DNA from: an uncultured Candidatus Moduliflexus sp.
Lineage (GTDB): Bacteria; Moduliflexota; Moduliflexia; Moduliflexales; Moduliflexaceae
NCBI GenBank assembly: GCA_964602655.1
Contig: CAZRSF010000007.1
Span: forward strand, 49,708-113,707
Reading direction: 5' to 3'
DNA length: 64,000 bases
Shown here in pieces: positions 27,932-37,453 of the stretch. The notes under the pieces were generated by a model. It searched no databases. It was not told where the DNA came from and saw only the letters and a program-made list of their open reading frames with translations. Each line of letters begins with the position of its first letter. The stretch's first letter is position 1. The translations under genes and the position numbers were made by a program.

Positions 27932-27956
27932 ACCGAGAATATGAGGGTTTTGAGGA

Positions 27957-28955
27957 ATGCGTGAGACGAACATGCGTGGACATCGGCATATTTCGGTATT
28001 GCTCCAGGAGACGCTGGATGGGCTTGCCTGCGATAATCCGGGCATATTTTTCGATGCGACGGTCGGATGCGGCGGGCATACGGCGGCGATTCTCTTGCAG
28101 CATCCCGCCAATCGCGTGATTGGCGTGGATCAAGATCAGGCGGCGTTGCAGATTGCCCGTGAACGTCTTCAGGAATTCGGCGACCGCGTGACGCTGTATC
28201 ATGCTCGTCACGAAGCGTTCGACCGCGTCGCGCAGGAATGGGCGCAGGAACATGGCGTCGAAGCGCCCCAATTTCAGGGAATGCTGTTCGATTTAGGCGT
28301 GTCGTCGCTGCAATTCGACGAAGCCGGGCGAGGTTTCAGCTTTCAGCGCTCCGGTTGGCTGGATATGCGGATGGATACGTCAACGCCGCCGACCGCCGAG
28401 GTATTGACGGCATACGCGGTGGTCAACACGTATGAAGAAGAAGCGTTAGCGGATGTGTTTTTTCGATACGGCGAGGAACGCCAGTCGCGGCGCATTGCGC
28501 GAAGAATCGTCGAAGCGCGAGCGGCAGCGCCGATTGAGACGACTACGGAACTCGCGGAGATTGTGGATCGAGCGATTCCCAAACGCTTTCAGCAGAAAGG
28601 TCTCCATCCGGCAACGCGCGTCTTTCAGGCGATTCGAATCGAAGTGAATGCCGAATTGCAGGCGCTTGGGGACACCTTAGAACGCGCCGTCGCCTTTTTA
28701 GCGACGGAAGGCCGGTTATGTGTCATCTCATTCCATTCGTTAGAAGACCGTATCGTCAAACAGACATTCGCACGTTTGGCGAAAGGCTGTGTCTGTCCGC
28801 CGGAGTGTCCGGTGTGTATCTGCGGGAAAACACCGCAAATCAGGCTGATTTCGAGAAAACCGATTACGCCGTCGGCAGAGGAACTGCATACGAATCCGAG
28901 AAGCCGCAGCGCGAAATTACGAATTGTCGAGAAATTAGAAAAAATAGAACACTGA
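27957..28955 (+). CDS. rsmH: 16S rRNA (cytosine1402-N4)-methyltransferase
   Basis: HISVLLQETLDGL, DATVGCGGH, FDLGVSSLQ and SFHSLEDRIVK motifs. An alternative start is at 27972. Confidence 0.9.
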   Translation: MRETNMRGHRHISVLLQETLDGLACDNPGIFFDATVGCGGHTAAILLQHPANRVIGVDQDQAALQIARERLQEFGDRVTLYHARHEAFDRVAQEWAQEHGVEAPQFQGMLFDLGVSSLQFDEAGRGFSFQRSGWLDMRMDTSTPPTAEVLTAYAVVNTYEEEALADVFFRYGEERQSRRIARRIVEARAAAPIETTTELAEIVDRAIPKRFQQKGLHPATRVFQAIRIEVNAELQALGDTLERAVAFLATEGRLCVISFHSLEDRIVKQTFARLAKGCVCPPECPVCICGKTPQIRLISRKPITPSAEELHTNPRSRSAKLRIVEKLEKIEH

Positions 28956-28964
28956 TTGGACTGA
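28943..28964. repeat. solo arm of the AATAGAACACTGATTGGACTGA element
   Basis: 22-nt identity with the arm at 14768..14789. It contains the rsmH stop codon. Confidence 0.7.
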
Positions 28965-28971
28965 GAACGAA

Positions 28972-29000
28972 CCCTGCCAGGGTTTCGAACCCTGGCAGGG
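28972..29000. terminator. hairpin of the CCCTGCCAGGG-TTTCGAA-CCCTGGCAGGG family
   Basis: Perfect 11-bp stem. Sister copies at 43112..43144 and 45167..45197. It lies inside the dcw operon between rsmH and ftsL and is not followed by a T-run. Confidence 0.5.
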
Positions 29001-29021
29001 TTGAGGTTCTATTACACACGC

Positions 29022-29366
29022 ATGGCAGCAGAAGTGATTCAATTTCAGCAGAGATCAAAAGAACGTTCCCAGGGATGGGGCATTCGAATCGGCAAATTTT
29101 CTTTGAAAAAATCCTCGGCGCTCCTGTTGTTGTTTATGTGCCTGATGTTTCTTTCGGCACTCTATTATGTCGAACAGCAGATTCAGTTGCAGCGCTTGAA
29201 CTATAAAATCATTGCGCTGAAACAACAGAAAAAAGAGTTGATCGAACAGCAAAAAACCTATCAATTGCAACTGCATCAACTGACGCGCCTTGACCGGGTC
29301 GAACAAGATGTGCGAGAACAGGGATTTGCGCCGATAGAAAAAGAACAACTCCGCATTGTCCAATAA
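29022..29366 (+). CDS. ftsL: cell division protein FtsL-like (TM plus coiled coil)
   Basis: Position between rsmH and ftsI, a single TM helix (ALLLLFMCLMFLSALYYV) and a heptad-rich tail. Confidence 0.6.
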   Translation: MAAEVIQFQQRSKERSQGWGIRIGKFSLKKSSALLLLFMCLMFLSALYYVEQQIQLQRLNYKIIALKQQKKELIEQQKTYQLQLHQLTRLDRVEQDVREQGFAPIEKEQLRIVQ

Positions 29367-29380
29367 AAGGGTAAACACGC

Positions 29381-31132
29381 ATGGCTGTCACCAAAAAACT
29401 GCGACGACGTATTTCTGTGATTTTCGTCGGCTTGCTGCTCGTACAACTTGGGATTGTGGCGAGGTTAGTACAACTGCAAATTCTGGAACACCCGAAATAT
29501 CTCAAATTTGCGCAAGAACAATCCAAAGGCAACCTGTTGACGCTGCCGGTGCGCGGCAAAATTTATGATCGGAATCTCTTCCCGCTTGCGGAAAGCATTG
29601 ATACGAAATCGGTGGTGATGAGAGCGTCGCAGGTGGCCTCAGCCTCCACGCCGCTTCAACGGGTGTCCTCGCTGCTCGATATTCCTGCCGACCGCTTATA
29701 TGCCGCATCCGACGAATCGTCGCGTTTGACCTATCTCAAGCGGAAGCTGACGCCGGAACAATTGACCGGCATCCAATCGCTGCTGGCGGAAGACGATATG
29801 CGCAACGCCGGAATTTTTTTAGTGCCCGACACCAAACGTTTTTACCCGCAGCGCCGCCTCGCCTCGCATCTGTTGGGCTTCACCGGACTCGACGAATACG
29901 GCTATGACAATCAAGGATTGGAAGGGCTGGAATATCATTACAACAGCTATCTTCGCGGCAGCGCCGACCGCTACGCCGTCAAGATGGACGCCAGACGCAA
30001 TTCGCTGAAAAGCTGGGAATTGGAGGTCAAAAATACCGGGTACGATTTAGTGTTGACGATTGACAAAAACATTCAATACATGGTGGAGCGCGAATTGGAA
30101 ACCACGTTCCGCGACGAACGAGCCCGTCATGCCACCGTCATCGTGATGAATCCGCATACCGGCGAAATTCTGGCGATGGTGAATTATCCCGATTTCAACC
30201 CCAATGAATTTTCGCGCTATCCGCAGGAATATTATAAAAATCGCGCCGTCGCCTGGGATTACGAGCCGGGTTCGACCTTTAAAGTCGTCCAGGCTGCGGC
30301 AGCGTTCGAAGAGGGCATTTTAAGCCCGCAAGACCGCTACGACAATAACAACGGCTTTCTGCCCGCCACGTCGAAAACGCCGGAAGAATGGAAAACCTCG
30401 AACTTGATGTCGGTCGAAGATATTCTCGTGCAATCGAATAACCTCGGCGCGATGAAAATCAGCGAGCAGCTTGGGCCGCAGCGGTTTTATGATTACATCC
30501 GCGCGTTCGGGTTCGGCGTTCCTTCTGGCATCGATCTTCCCGGCGAAATTACCGGGAGATTGCGCGAGCCGAGCGAATGGTCGAATATTTCGCTGCATTC
30601 GCTGTCTATCGGGCAGGAAATCTCGGTGACGCCGCTTCAAATTACGAACGCCTTTGCCGTGCTGGCAAACGGCGGCATTTTGTATCGCCCGTACATCGTG
30701 AAAGAGATTCGCACGGCGGACGGCGTTCCGATTCAGCGGATCGAGCCGATGAAAACGCGGCGGGTCATTTCCAGAAAAACCGCGCAGATGATGCGCGACA
30801 TTTTGGGCAACGTCGTGGAACGCGGCACAGGCAAACGCGCGGCGGCAAGCGGGTATCGTTTCGCAGGAAAAACCGGCACGGCGCAGAAATTCAACAGCAA
30901 CGCCGGAGGATATTCCAGCACCCGCTTAGTCACGTCGTTTGTCGGCTTTGCTCCGGCAGAGTATCCGGTGGTCGTGATTTCCGCCATCGTGGATGAACCG
31001 GCGGAAAATGAATGGGGCGGCACGGTCGCCGCGCCGCTGTTCAAGCGGATTGCCGAGCGTGTCCTGCCCTATATGGATATTCCTTCCGACCTGAAAGCGA
31101 ACGAATTTATGGCGCTGAAGCAGACGCGCTGA
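29381..31132 (+). CDS. ftsI: peptidoglycan D,D-transpeptidase (class B PBP, FtsI)
   Basis: N-terminal TM anchor, PBP dimerisation region, and the SxxK (GSTFK), SxN (SNN) and KTGT motifs. Confidence 0.9.
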   Translation: MAVTKKLRRRISVIFVGLLLVQLGIVARLVQLQILEHPKYLKFAQEQSKGNLLTLPVRGKIYDRNLFPLAESIDTKSVVMRASQVASASTPLQRVSSLLDIPADRLYAASDESSRLTYLKRKLTPEQLTGIQSLLAEDDMRNAGIFLVPDTKRFYPQRRLASHLLGFTGLDEYGYDNQGLEGLEYHYNSYLRGSADRYAVKMDARRNSLKSWELEVKNTGYDLVLTIDKNIQYMVERELETTFRDERARHATVIVMNPHTGEILAMVNYPDFNPNEFSRYPQEYYKNRAVAWDYEPGSTFKVVQAAAAFEEGILSPQDRYDNNNGFLPATSKTPEEWKTSNLMSVEDILVQSNNLGAMKISEQLGPQRFYDYIRAFGFGVPSGIDLPGEITGRLREPSEWSNISLHSLSIGQEISVTPLQITNAFAVLANGGILYRPYIVKEIRTADGVPIQRIEPMKTRRVISRKTAQMMRDILGNVVERGTGKRAAASGYRFAGKTGTAQKFNSNAGGYSSTRLVTSFVGFAPAEYPVVVISAIVDEPAENEWGGTVAAPLFKRIAERVLPYMDIPSDLKANEFMALKQTR

Positions 31133-31138
31133 CCGGTC

Positions 31139-31921
31139 ATGTTTATTACCATTCGGAATCTCAAACTCCACTATCGCGCCTCCGGCGAAGGTCAACCGGT
31201 CTTGCTGCTGCACGGCTGGGGCGTCGATCTGACGACGTTCGCCACGCTTCACGCCCATCTCGAACGATTTTTTCATACTGTTTCTCTCGATTTTCCCGGA
31301 TTCGGACAGAGCGATCCGCCGCCGGTCGCCTGGGGCACGGCAGAATACGCCGACATTGTCCGCGAATTTCTTCAGGCCATGCAGATTGACGCGCCGATTC
31401 TGATCGGGCATTCGTTCGGCGGACGCATTGCGATCCGGTTAGCGTCCTCGCAGCCGATTCCCAAAATGATTCTGTTCGGCAGCGCCGGAATTCGCCCGAA
31501 ACGCTCGTTGAAATATTACGCGAAAGTCTATGCCTACAAAGCCGCCAAAGCCGTGTTGACGCTGCCGGGTGTTCGGGCGCATGGCGAGCCGATTTTAGAA
31601 CGTTATCGGCGGCAGTCCGGCTCGCAGGATTATCAGCAGGCGTCCGGCGTGATGCGTGGCACGTTCATCAAGGTCGTGAACGAAGATTTGCGCTACCTGC
31701 TGCCGAACATCACCGCGTCAACACTGCTGATCTGGGGCGAACGCGACACCGCCACGCCAGTCGCCGACGGTCGCCTGATGGAACGGATGATTCCCGATGC
31801 CGGCCTTGTCGTGCTGAAAGATGCCGGACATTACGCCTTTTTAGACCGCTTCCAGCAAACGATGCTGATTCTGAATAATTTTTTGAAACACGAGATGATA
31901 CCGCCCCCAACCCCCTCCTGA
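31139..31921 (+). CDS. alpha/beta fold hydrolase
   Basis: HGWG oxyanion-hole region, nucleophile elbow GHSFGG, and a C-terminal DAGHY histidine. It starts 6 nt after the ftsI stop. Confidence 0.8.
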   Translation: MFITIRNLKLHYRASGEGQPVLLLHGWGVDLTTFATLHAHLERFFHTVSLDFPGFGQSDPPPVAWGTAEYADIVREFLQAMQIDAPILIGHSFGGRIAIRLASSQPIPKMILFGSAGIRPKRSLKYYAKVYAYKAAKAVLTLPGVRAHGEPILERYRRQSGSQDYQQASGVMRGTFIKVVNEDLRYLLPNITASTLLIWGERDTATPVADGRLMERMIPDAGLVVLKDAGHYAFLDRFQQTMLILNNFLKHEMIPPPTPS

Positions 31922-31947
31922 TTCAGGAGGGGGCTTAGGGGTGGTGG
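31901..31947. repeat. G/C-tract palindrome (ccgcccccaaccccctcct gattc aggagggggcttaggggtggtgg)
   Basis: It overlaps the hydrolase stop codon. Same composition class as 1133..1214. Confidence 0.55.
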
Positions 31948-31956
31948 CCTGTTCGC

Positions 31957-33555
31957 ATGACCATATTTTTTGTTTTGCTCGCGCTTGCCGCTTACGGCGT
32001 TCATACCGTCTGGAAGCTGAAAAAACAGCTTCACACGCTGCAACTCAATTCGTACCGCACGGAGCGCTATTTCCGCTGGCTGAAGCAGAATTTTCGCAAA
32101 ACCATCGCGCCGCTTGACGCGATTCCGGCAATTGGTTTGCTGCCCGTCTTATTCGGCGAAATAGGCATGGCCGCGCTGATCTGGATCGCCGCCTACGCCG
32201 CGCTGTTCTTTTTCCGTTCGCCGCAAAAAGAAAAGAAGCCGCTGGTCTGGACGCAGCGCGCTATCCGGCTGTTTGCCGCGATGCTGATTCTGCTGATCGG
32301 CCTGACGATTCCGGGCTTGAGCGCATGGCTTGCGTCGAATAGCCGCGTGATCGCGTTTATGTTGTTTACCGGCCTGCTGCTATTGAATCTTTTTCCGTGT
32401 GCCTTAGCGCTCGCCGCCAATGTCGTGACAACGCCGCTCGAATCGGCGATCAATCGTTGGTTTTATAACGACGCCCGCCGCCGAATCCGCCAGATGCCGC
32501 GCCTGCGCGTCATCGGCATTACCGGAAGTTTCGGCAAAACCAGCACGAAAACCATGTTGCAGCGCATGTTGGCCGAAGAATTTCATGTCGTGATGACGCC
32601 GGAAAGCTACAATACGCCGATGGGCGTAACGAAAGTCATTCGTTCCACGCTGACGCCGGTGCATGAAATGTTTGTCGTGGAAATGGGAGCGCGACAGCCC
32701 GGCGACATCCGCGAACTGTGCGAATTGGTCGCCCCGAAAATCGGCGTTCTCACCGCTATCGGCGAGCAGCATTTGGAGACCTTTCACGACATCGAGACGA
32801 TTATCCGCACCAAACATGAATTGATCGAAGCGCTCCCGCCCGACGGCGTGGCGTTTTTGAACATGGATAACGAGCATGTCCGCAGCGTGGCGAATTTAAC
32901 GCCGGTCAAAAAGATTTTTTACGGCATTGATTCCGACGACCTGCACTATTCCGCTAAAAATCTCCGCGTTAGCGGCGCAGGCAGCGCGTTCGAGTTTTGC
33001 ACGCCGGACGGACGCCAGAAAACCTTCCACACGCGCCTGCTCGGCAAGCATAACATCTACAATATTGTCGCGGCGGCAGCGGTTGCCTGCGAATTAGGCA
33101 TGGATTTGGCGATTATTGCGGCAGTTGTCAAAAATCTCGACCCGGTGACGCACCGGCTCGAACTCAAAAAAACTGCGCAGAATATCACGATTATTGACGA
33201 CGCCTACAATTCCAATCCGGTCGGAGCGCATTCGGCGCTGGACGTGCTTGCCTCGATGGAGGGCGGGCAGCGTATTCTCATCACGCCCGGCATGGTGGAA
33301 CTCGGAGCGCGGGAATATGAACTAAATCACGCCTTCGGAAAACATGCGGCGGAGTGTTGCGATTACGTGATTCTTGTCGGGCAGAAACAAACGATTCCGA
33401 TTCAGGAAGGCTTGAAAGCCTCGAATTATCAGGCGGAACGCTGCTATGTCGCCGCCAATCTGACCGACGCCAATCGGCATCTATGGACATTCGTCAAGCC
33501 GGGCGATTTCGTCATGTATGAAAACGATTTACCGGATACGTATAATGAACAATAA
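31957..33555 (+). CDS. murF: UDP-MurNAc-tripeptide--D-alanyl-D-alanine ligase with a membrane-spanning N-terminal region
   Basis: P-loop GITGSFGKTSTK at residues ~188-199 and MurF-type IIDDAYNSNP...GMVELG. Residues 1-~165 are four hydrophobic helices instead of the usual soluble domain 1. Confidence 0.8.
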   Translation: MTIFFVLLALAAYGVHTVWKLKKQLHTLQLNSYRTERYFRWLKQNFRKTIAPLDAIPAIGLLPVLFGEIGMAALIWIAAYAALFFFRSPQKEKKPLVWTQRAIRLFAAMLILLIGLTIPGLSAWLASNSRVIAFMLFTGLLLLNLFPCALALAANVVTTPLESAINRWFYNDARRRIRQMPRLRVIGITGSFGKTSTKTMLQRMLAEEFHVVMTPESYNTPMGVTKVIRSTLTPVHEMFVVEMGARQPGDIRELCELVAPKIGVLTAIGEQHLETFHDIETIIRTKHELIEALPPDGVAFLNMDNEHVRSVANLTPVKKIFYGIDSDDLHYSAKNLRVSGAGSAFEFCTPDGRQKTFHTRLLGKHNIYNIVAAAAVACELGMDLAIIAAVVKNLDPVTHRLELKKTAQNITIIDDAYNSNPVGAHSALDVLASMEGGQRILITPGMVELGAREYELNHAFGKHAAECCDYVILVGQKQTIPIQEGLKASNYQAERCYVAANLTDANRHLWTFVKPGDFVMYENDLPDTYNEQ

Positions 33556-33621
33556 TTGACAATTTTTAAAGATTTCATAAAATTTTCACAGAATTTTCAA
33601 TTTAAAGGCTGTAATTTTTTA

Positions 33622-33760
33622 GGAGTGCCAAAGCTTGCTTTGACTGTCCGCGTATCTTTACTCTGAACAACAACGATACGCGATTGTTTTGAGAAATTAT
33701 ATTTGAGATAGGATAGTTTTGTGGATTTTCCAAGAATGTCAAAGCAAGCATTGACACCCC
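33622..33760. repeat. GGAGTGCCAAAGCTTGCTTTG.C family, arms separated by 93 bp
   Basis: The left arm at 33622..33644 is mirrored at 33738..33760 with 3 mismatches. Confidence 0.65.
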
Positions 33761-33814
33761 TGACTAATTTTCACAAATTTATGCAGTATCAAGTATACAA
33801 AGGGAAAATGGCGT

Positions 33815-34954
33815 ATGCGCGCATCGCATAAAACCGAAACAGTGAATTTGTCGCCCGGCGTGAAGGAATTCCGCGTCTTTGTCATTGCGATTGATCAGGT
33901 GACGACAGAAAAATTTCGTGCGACGTTACAGGCAAAAGTCGTTATGAATGGCGAAAAAACCGCTATCGGACGCGAAGTCGGCTTTTTTCTGAATGACATC
34001 ATGTTGGGCGCGGCGCCATGCGATAAATGGGGGCGCGCCAATATCGAAATCGAGATCACATGGCTGCTTTTGACGGATGGAAATACGTTGGCCGCCCAGA
34101 TCGAAGGGCTTGACGACACGGTCGCGGTCGCGCTGCCATTACCGGAGCGCCCGAAAACATCGGCAGAAATCGAAGCGGAAGAACGCGAACGACAAGAACA
34201 CATTGCGTCAGAGCGCCGCAAACGCTTCGTGGCAGAATTGGAACGGAATATGGTAGATATTCCGGATGGCACATTCGAGATGGGGCAGAGCGACGACGAG
34301 CAGCGCTTGCTGAAGCAATGGGGCTGGTGGAACGATTATTTTTATAACGAATGTCCCTGCCATCAGGTCAAGCTTTCCGCGTTCGCGCTCGGCAAATACC
34401 CGGTGACGCAAGCGCAATGGGAAGCGATCATGGGCACGAATCCCTCCAACTTCAGAGGCGCGCATCTGCCGGTCGAGCAGGTGTCATGGAACGACGCGCA
34501 GGAATTTTGTCAGCGCGTGTCGCTGGAAACCGGCGACACGTATCGCTTGCCGACCGAAGCCGAATGGGAATACGCGTGTCGCTCCGGCAGTTCCGACATC
34601 TGGCATTTCGGCAGCGATTCGGCGCTGTTAGGGCAATATGCGTGGTATTCCGAAAATTCCGGCAGTCAGACGCATCCTGTCGGGCAATTACAGCCGAATG
34701 CGTGGGGACTCTTCGACATGCACGGCAATGTCTGGGAATGGTGTCAGGATACGTATATCAGCGACGTGTACGCCACGCTTCAGGCGCAAACCCCGTCCGT
34801 GAATCCGATCTATGCCAGTAGCGGTTCCATGCGCGTCATTCGGGGCGGCAGTTGGTACAATTTCCCGGCGCGAGTGCGTTCCAGCGCGCGAAATTACGGC
34901 GGCCCCGCGCATCCGTACCATGATGTCGGGTTTCGTCTTGTGAGAACGAACTGA
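33815..34954 (+). CDS. formylglycine-generating-enzyme (FGE-sulfatase/SUMF1) domain protein with an unknown N-terminal domain
   Basis: C-terminal half: YPVTQAQWEAIMG, VSWNDAQEFC, RLPTEAEWEYACR, GNVWEWCQD, RGGSW. Confidence 0.8.
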   Translation: MRASHKTETVNLSPGVKEFRVFVIAIDQVTTEKFRATLQAKVVMNGEKTAIGREVGFFLNDIMLGAAPCDKWGRANIEIEITWLLLTDGNTLAAQIEGLDDTVAVALPLPERPKTSAEIEAEERERQEHIASERRKRFVAELERNMVDIPDGTFEMGQSDDEQRLLKQWGWWNDYFYNECPCHQVKLSAFALGKYPVTQAQWEAIMGTNPSNFRGAHLPVEQVSWNDAQEFCQRVSLETGDTYRLPTEAEWEYACRSGSSDIWHFGSDSALLGQYAWYSENSGSQTHPVGQLQPNAWGLFDMHGNVWEWCQDTYISDVYATLQAQTPSVNPIYASSGSMRVIRGGSWYNFPARVRSSARNYGGPAHPYHDVGFRLVRTN

Positions 34955-35003
34955 TTCGACAAGATCAACAACACGTCTAATTCCAAATATGATGAGGTGT
35001 TTT

Positions 35004-35741
35004 ATGAAAGTGTTAGTTCTTGGCGCAAGTGGAGCAACTGGTAAACAAGTGATCGCTCAATTCATAAAAAGAGAAATACATCATAGAGTTGTTATTAGGA
35101 ACAATGCGAATCTTTCACCAGAAATATCGAATAGTCAACTTGTGGACGTTGTGACTGGAAATATCACCGATTTCAATTCAGAAGAGAATAAACATATTAT
35201 TGATGGATGTGATGCCGTTGTGTGCTGTTTAGGTCACAATATTACGTTCGAAGGCATCTTTGGGAAACCTCGGTTGCTCGTGTATCAATCGCTCAAGAAT
35301 ATTTGTGAGGCAATGAATCAATATTCTCCCAAGAAGTGTAAAATTATCCTCATGAATACTGTTGGCAATGAAAACAAGGATATACGCGAGGAGAGGTCAC
35401 TTTCCGAAAGAATTGTCCTTTCAATGCTGACGGCATTATTGCCACCACAGAGAGATAATGTGAGTGCTGCGAATTATTTATTACGAGTAATTGGAAAGGA
35501 TCATGCAAAAATAGAGTGGACAGTCGTTCGACCAGATTCATTATTCAATGCTGAGAAAGAAACTCCCTATGACGTATTCGAGTCAATACAAAGAAGTCCA
35601 CTATTTAACCCTGGAAAAACAAGCCGCATAAATGTGAGCCATTTCATGGCAGAATTGGTCACCAATGATGATTTGTGGCAACGATGGAAGAATAAGATGC
35701 CGGTCATCTATAATCCGGTCATCTATAATAAAGAACAATAA
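35004..35741 (+). CDS. NAD(P)H-binding (NmrA/atypical SDR-like) protein
   Basis: N-terminal MKVLVLGASGATGKQV Rossmann motif. The gene is visibly AT-richer than its surroundings. Confidence 0.65.
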   Translation: MKVLVLGASGATGKQVIAQFIKREIHHRVVIRNNANLSPEISNSQLVDVVTGNITDFNSEENKHIIDGCDAVVCCLGHNITFEGIFGKPRLLVYQSLKNICEAMNQYSPKKCKIILMNTVGNENKDIREERSLSERIVLSMLTALLPPQRDNVSAANYLLRVIGKDHAKIEWTVVRPDSLFNAEKETPYDVFESIQRSPLFNPGKTSRINVSHFMAELVTNDDLWQRWKNKMPVIYNPVIYNKEQ

Positions 35742-35960
35742 GAGAATGGAGCGCCTAACAATGCGCATGAACGGCGACCAGGAAGAGCGGGCGAGAAAAA
35801 TGGTTGCTGTTCAGATGCCGTCGCGCCCGCTCTTCCTGGCGCGTTATGCGCGATCGTTAGCGCATTTTATAAAAAGGATACCGATGTATGATACACGAAA
35901 TACGTTTTTATGGAACTGAGAGAACAGATTGGACGGAACTCGGAACAGAGATGAAACCAA

Positions 35961-36026
35961 AATGTTCCCTTCGACACGCTCAGGGAACGGACAGCGGCGT
36001 TCCCTGAGCGTGTCGAAGGGAACATT
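35961..36026. repeat. perfect 29-bp inverted repeat with an 8-nt spacer (AATGTTCCCTTCGACACGCTCAGGGAACG)
   Basis: The arms at 35961..35989 and 35998..36026 are exact reverse complements. The motif TTCGACACGCTCAGG recurs at 6054..6068. Confidence 0.8.
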
Positions 36027-36080
36027 TCCTTAGAACTTAACAGCCCTGCTTCCAAGAGGGGGGAAGACCGGTGAAAAAAT

Positions 36081-37256
36081 ATGAAAATTAAAGTCGGAGT
36101 GATTTTTGGAGGGAAATCGGTCGAACACGAGGTGTCGATCATTTCCGGCCTGCAAGCGTTTCACGCAATAGATCGAACGATGTACGACGTGATTCCCGTC
36201 TATATCGCCAAAGATGGCATCTGGTACACCGGAGAAAAATTGGCGGATATCGAAAATTTCAAACGAATGGACGAGTTGCTGGCGAATTGCCAGAAAGCCC
36301 TTATCTCAGCCAATGCGGACGAACATGCGCTCTTTGCGTATCCCAAAGCATTCAGCGTCTTTGGCAAGCCGTTGTTGGATAAAATTGACGTGGCGTTTCC
36401 GGTCATGCACGGCACGCACGGCGAAGACGGCTCGCTGCAAGGGCTGTTCGAACTGATGAATATTCCGTATGTCGGCTGCGACGTGCTCGCCTCGGCCATC
36501 GGCATGGACAAGATCACGCAGAAAATGATTTTCCAGGCGGTCGGCCTGCCGATTGTGGAATATACCTGGTTCTATTCCCGCGATTGGGCGAAAGGCGGCG
36601 AAGAGTTCGTCGAACAAGCCGAACAACTGCTGACCTATCCGATGATCGTCAAACCGGCGGCGCTTGGGTCGAGCATCGGCGTGGCAAGGGCGGAAAATCG
36701 GGAAGAATTGGAAGCCGCGATTGACACCGTGCGCGGTTTGTGCGCCAGAGTGCTGATCGAGCAGGCGGTGCCGAATCTTCAGGAAATCAATTGCTCCGTG
36801 CTCGGCGATTATGAACAGGTCGAAGCCTCAGTCTGCGAAGAACCGGTCAGCGGAGTCAACGTGCTGAGTTTCAACGACAAATACGCCAGCGGCGACTCCA
36901 GCAAGGGGATGAGTGGAGCGAAACGCAAAATTCCGGCAGAGATTGCCGAAGAGACGGCGGAAACGATCCGGAAAATGGCGAAATCCGCGTTTTTGACGCT
37001 GAACTGTCACGGCGTGATTCGGATTGATTTTCTGATCAATCGCGAAACCGAACACATTTATGTCAACGAAATCAACTCCATTCCCGGCTCGCTCGCCTTT
37101 TATCTCTGGGAAGCGTCGGGAAAAACGTTCACGCAGTTGACGACCGACCTTATTAATCTGGCCTTAAAACGGCAGCGCGAAAAAAATAGCTTGATCTTTT
37201 CGTATCAATCGAATATTCTCGCCGGGTATAGCGGCGCAAAAGGAGTGAAAAAATAA
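36081..37256 (+). CDS. ddl: D-alanine--D-alanine ligase
   Basis: MKIKVGVIFGGKSVEHEVSIISG, HGTHGEDGSLQG, and ATP-grasp VNEINSIPG. Confidence 0.9.
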   Translation: MKIKVGVIFGGKSVEHEVSIISGLQAFHAIDRTMYDVIPVYIAKDGIWYTGEKLADIENFKRMDELLANCQKALISANADEHALFAYPKAFSVFGKPLLDKIDVAFPVMHGTHGEDGSLQGLFELMNIPYVGCDVLASAIGMDKITQKMIFQAVGLPIVEYTWFYSRDWAKGGEEFVEQAEQLLTYPMIVKPAALGSSIGVARAENREELEAAIDTVRGLCARVLIEQAVPNLQEINCSVLGDYEQVEASVCEEPVSGVNVLSFNDKYASGDSSKGMSGAKRKIPAEIAEETAETIRKMAKSAFLTLNCHGVIRIDFLINRETEHIYVNEINSIPGSLAFYLWEASGKTFTQLTTDLINLALKRQREKNSLIFSYQSNILAGYSGAKGVKK

Positions 37257-37307
37257 CCATTTCGGAAAACGATTGGGATGTTTAGCCACAGATTTCGTAG
37301 ATATTCA

Positions 37308-37379
37308 GGAGTGCCAAAGCTTGCTTTGGCCGTGCGTTTTCGCGACATATTGACTCGCCAAAGCAAGCTTTGGCACTCC
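37308..37379. repeat. GGAGTGCCAAAGCTTGCTTTGGC family, perfect 23-bp arms with a 26-bp spacer
   Basis: Arms at 37308..37330 and 37357..37379. Flanked by CACAGAT-word repeats. Confidence 0.8.
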
Positions 37380-37453
37380 TGATATCTGTGAAAATCCGTG
37401 TAATCTGTGGTTAAAAAAATCCCGGTCGCGCTTGCGAGAACGAATTTCAGAAT

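Noticed and set aside
27600-27956. Searched for mraZ upstream of rsmH.
   Set aside because: Only 66-90-aa ORFs with no MraZ-like (SpoVT/AbrB duplicated) pattern are present. mraZ appears to be genuinely absent here.
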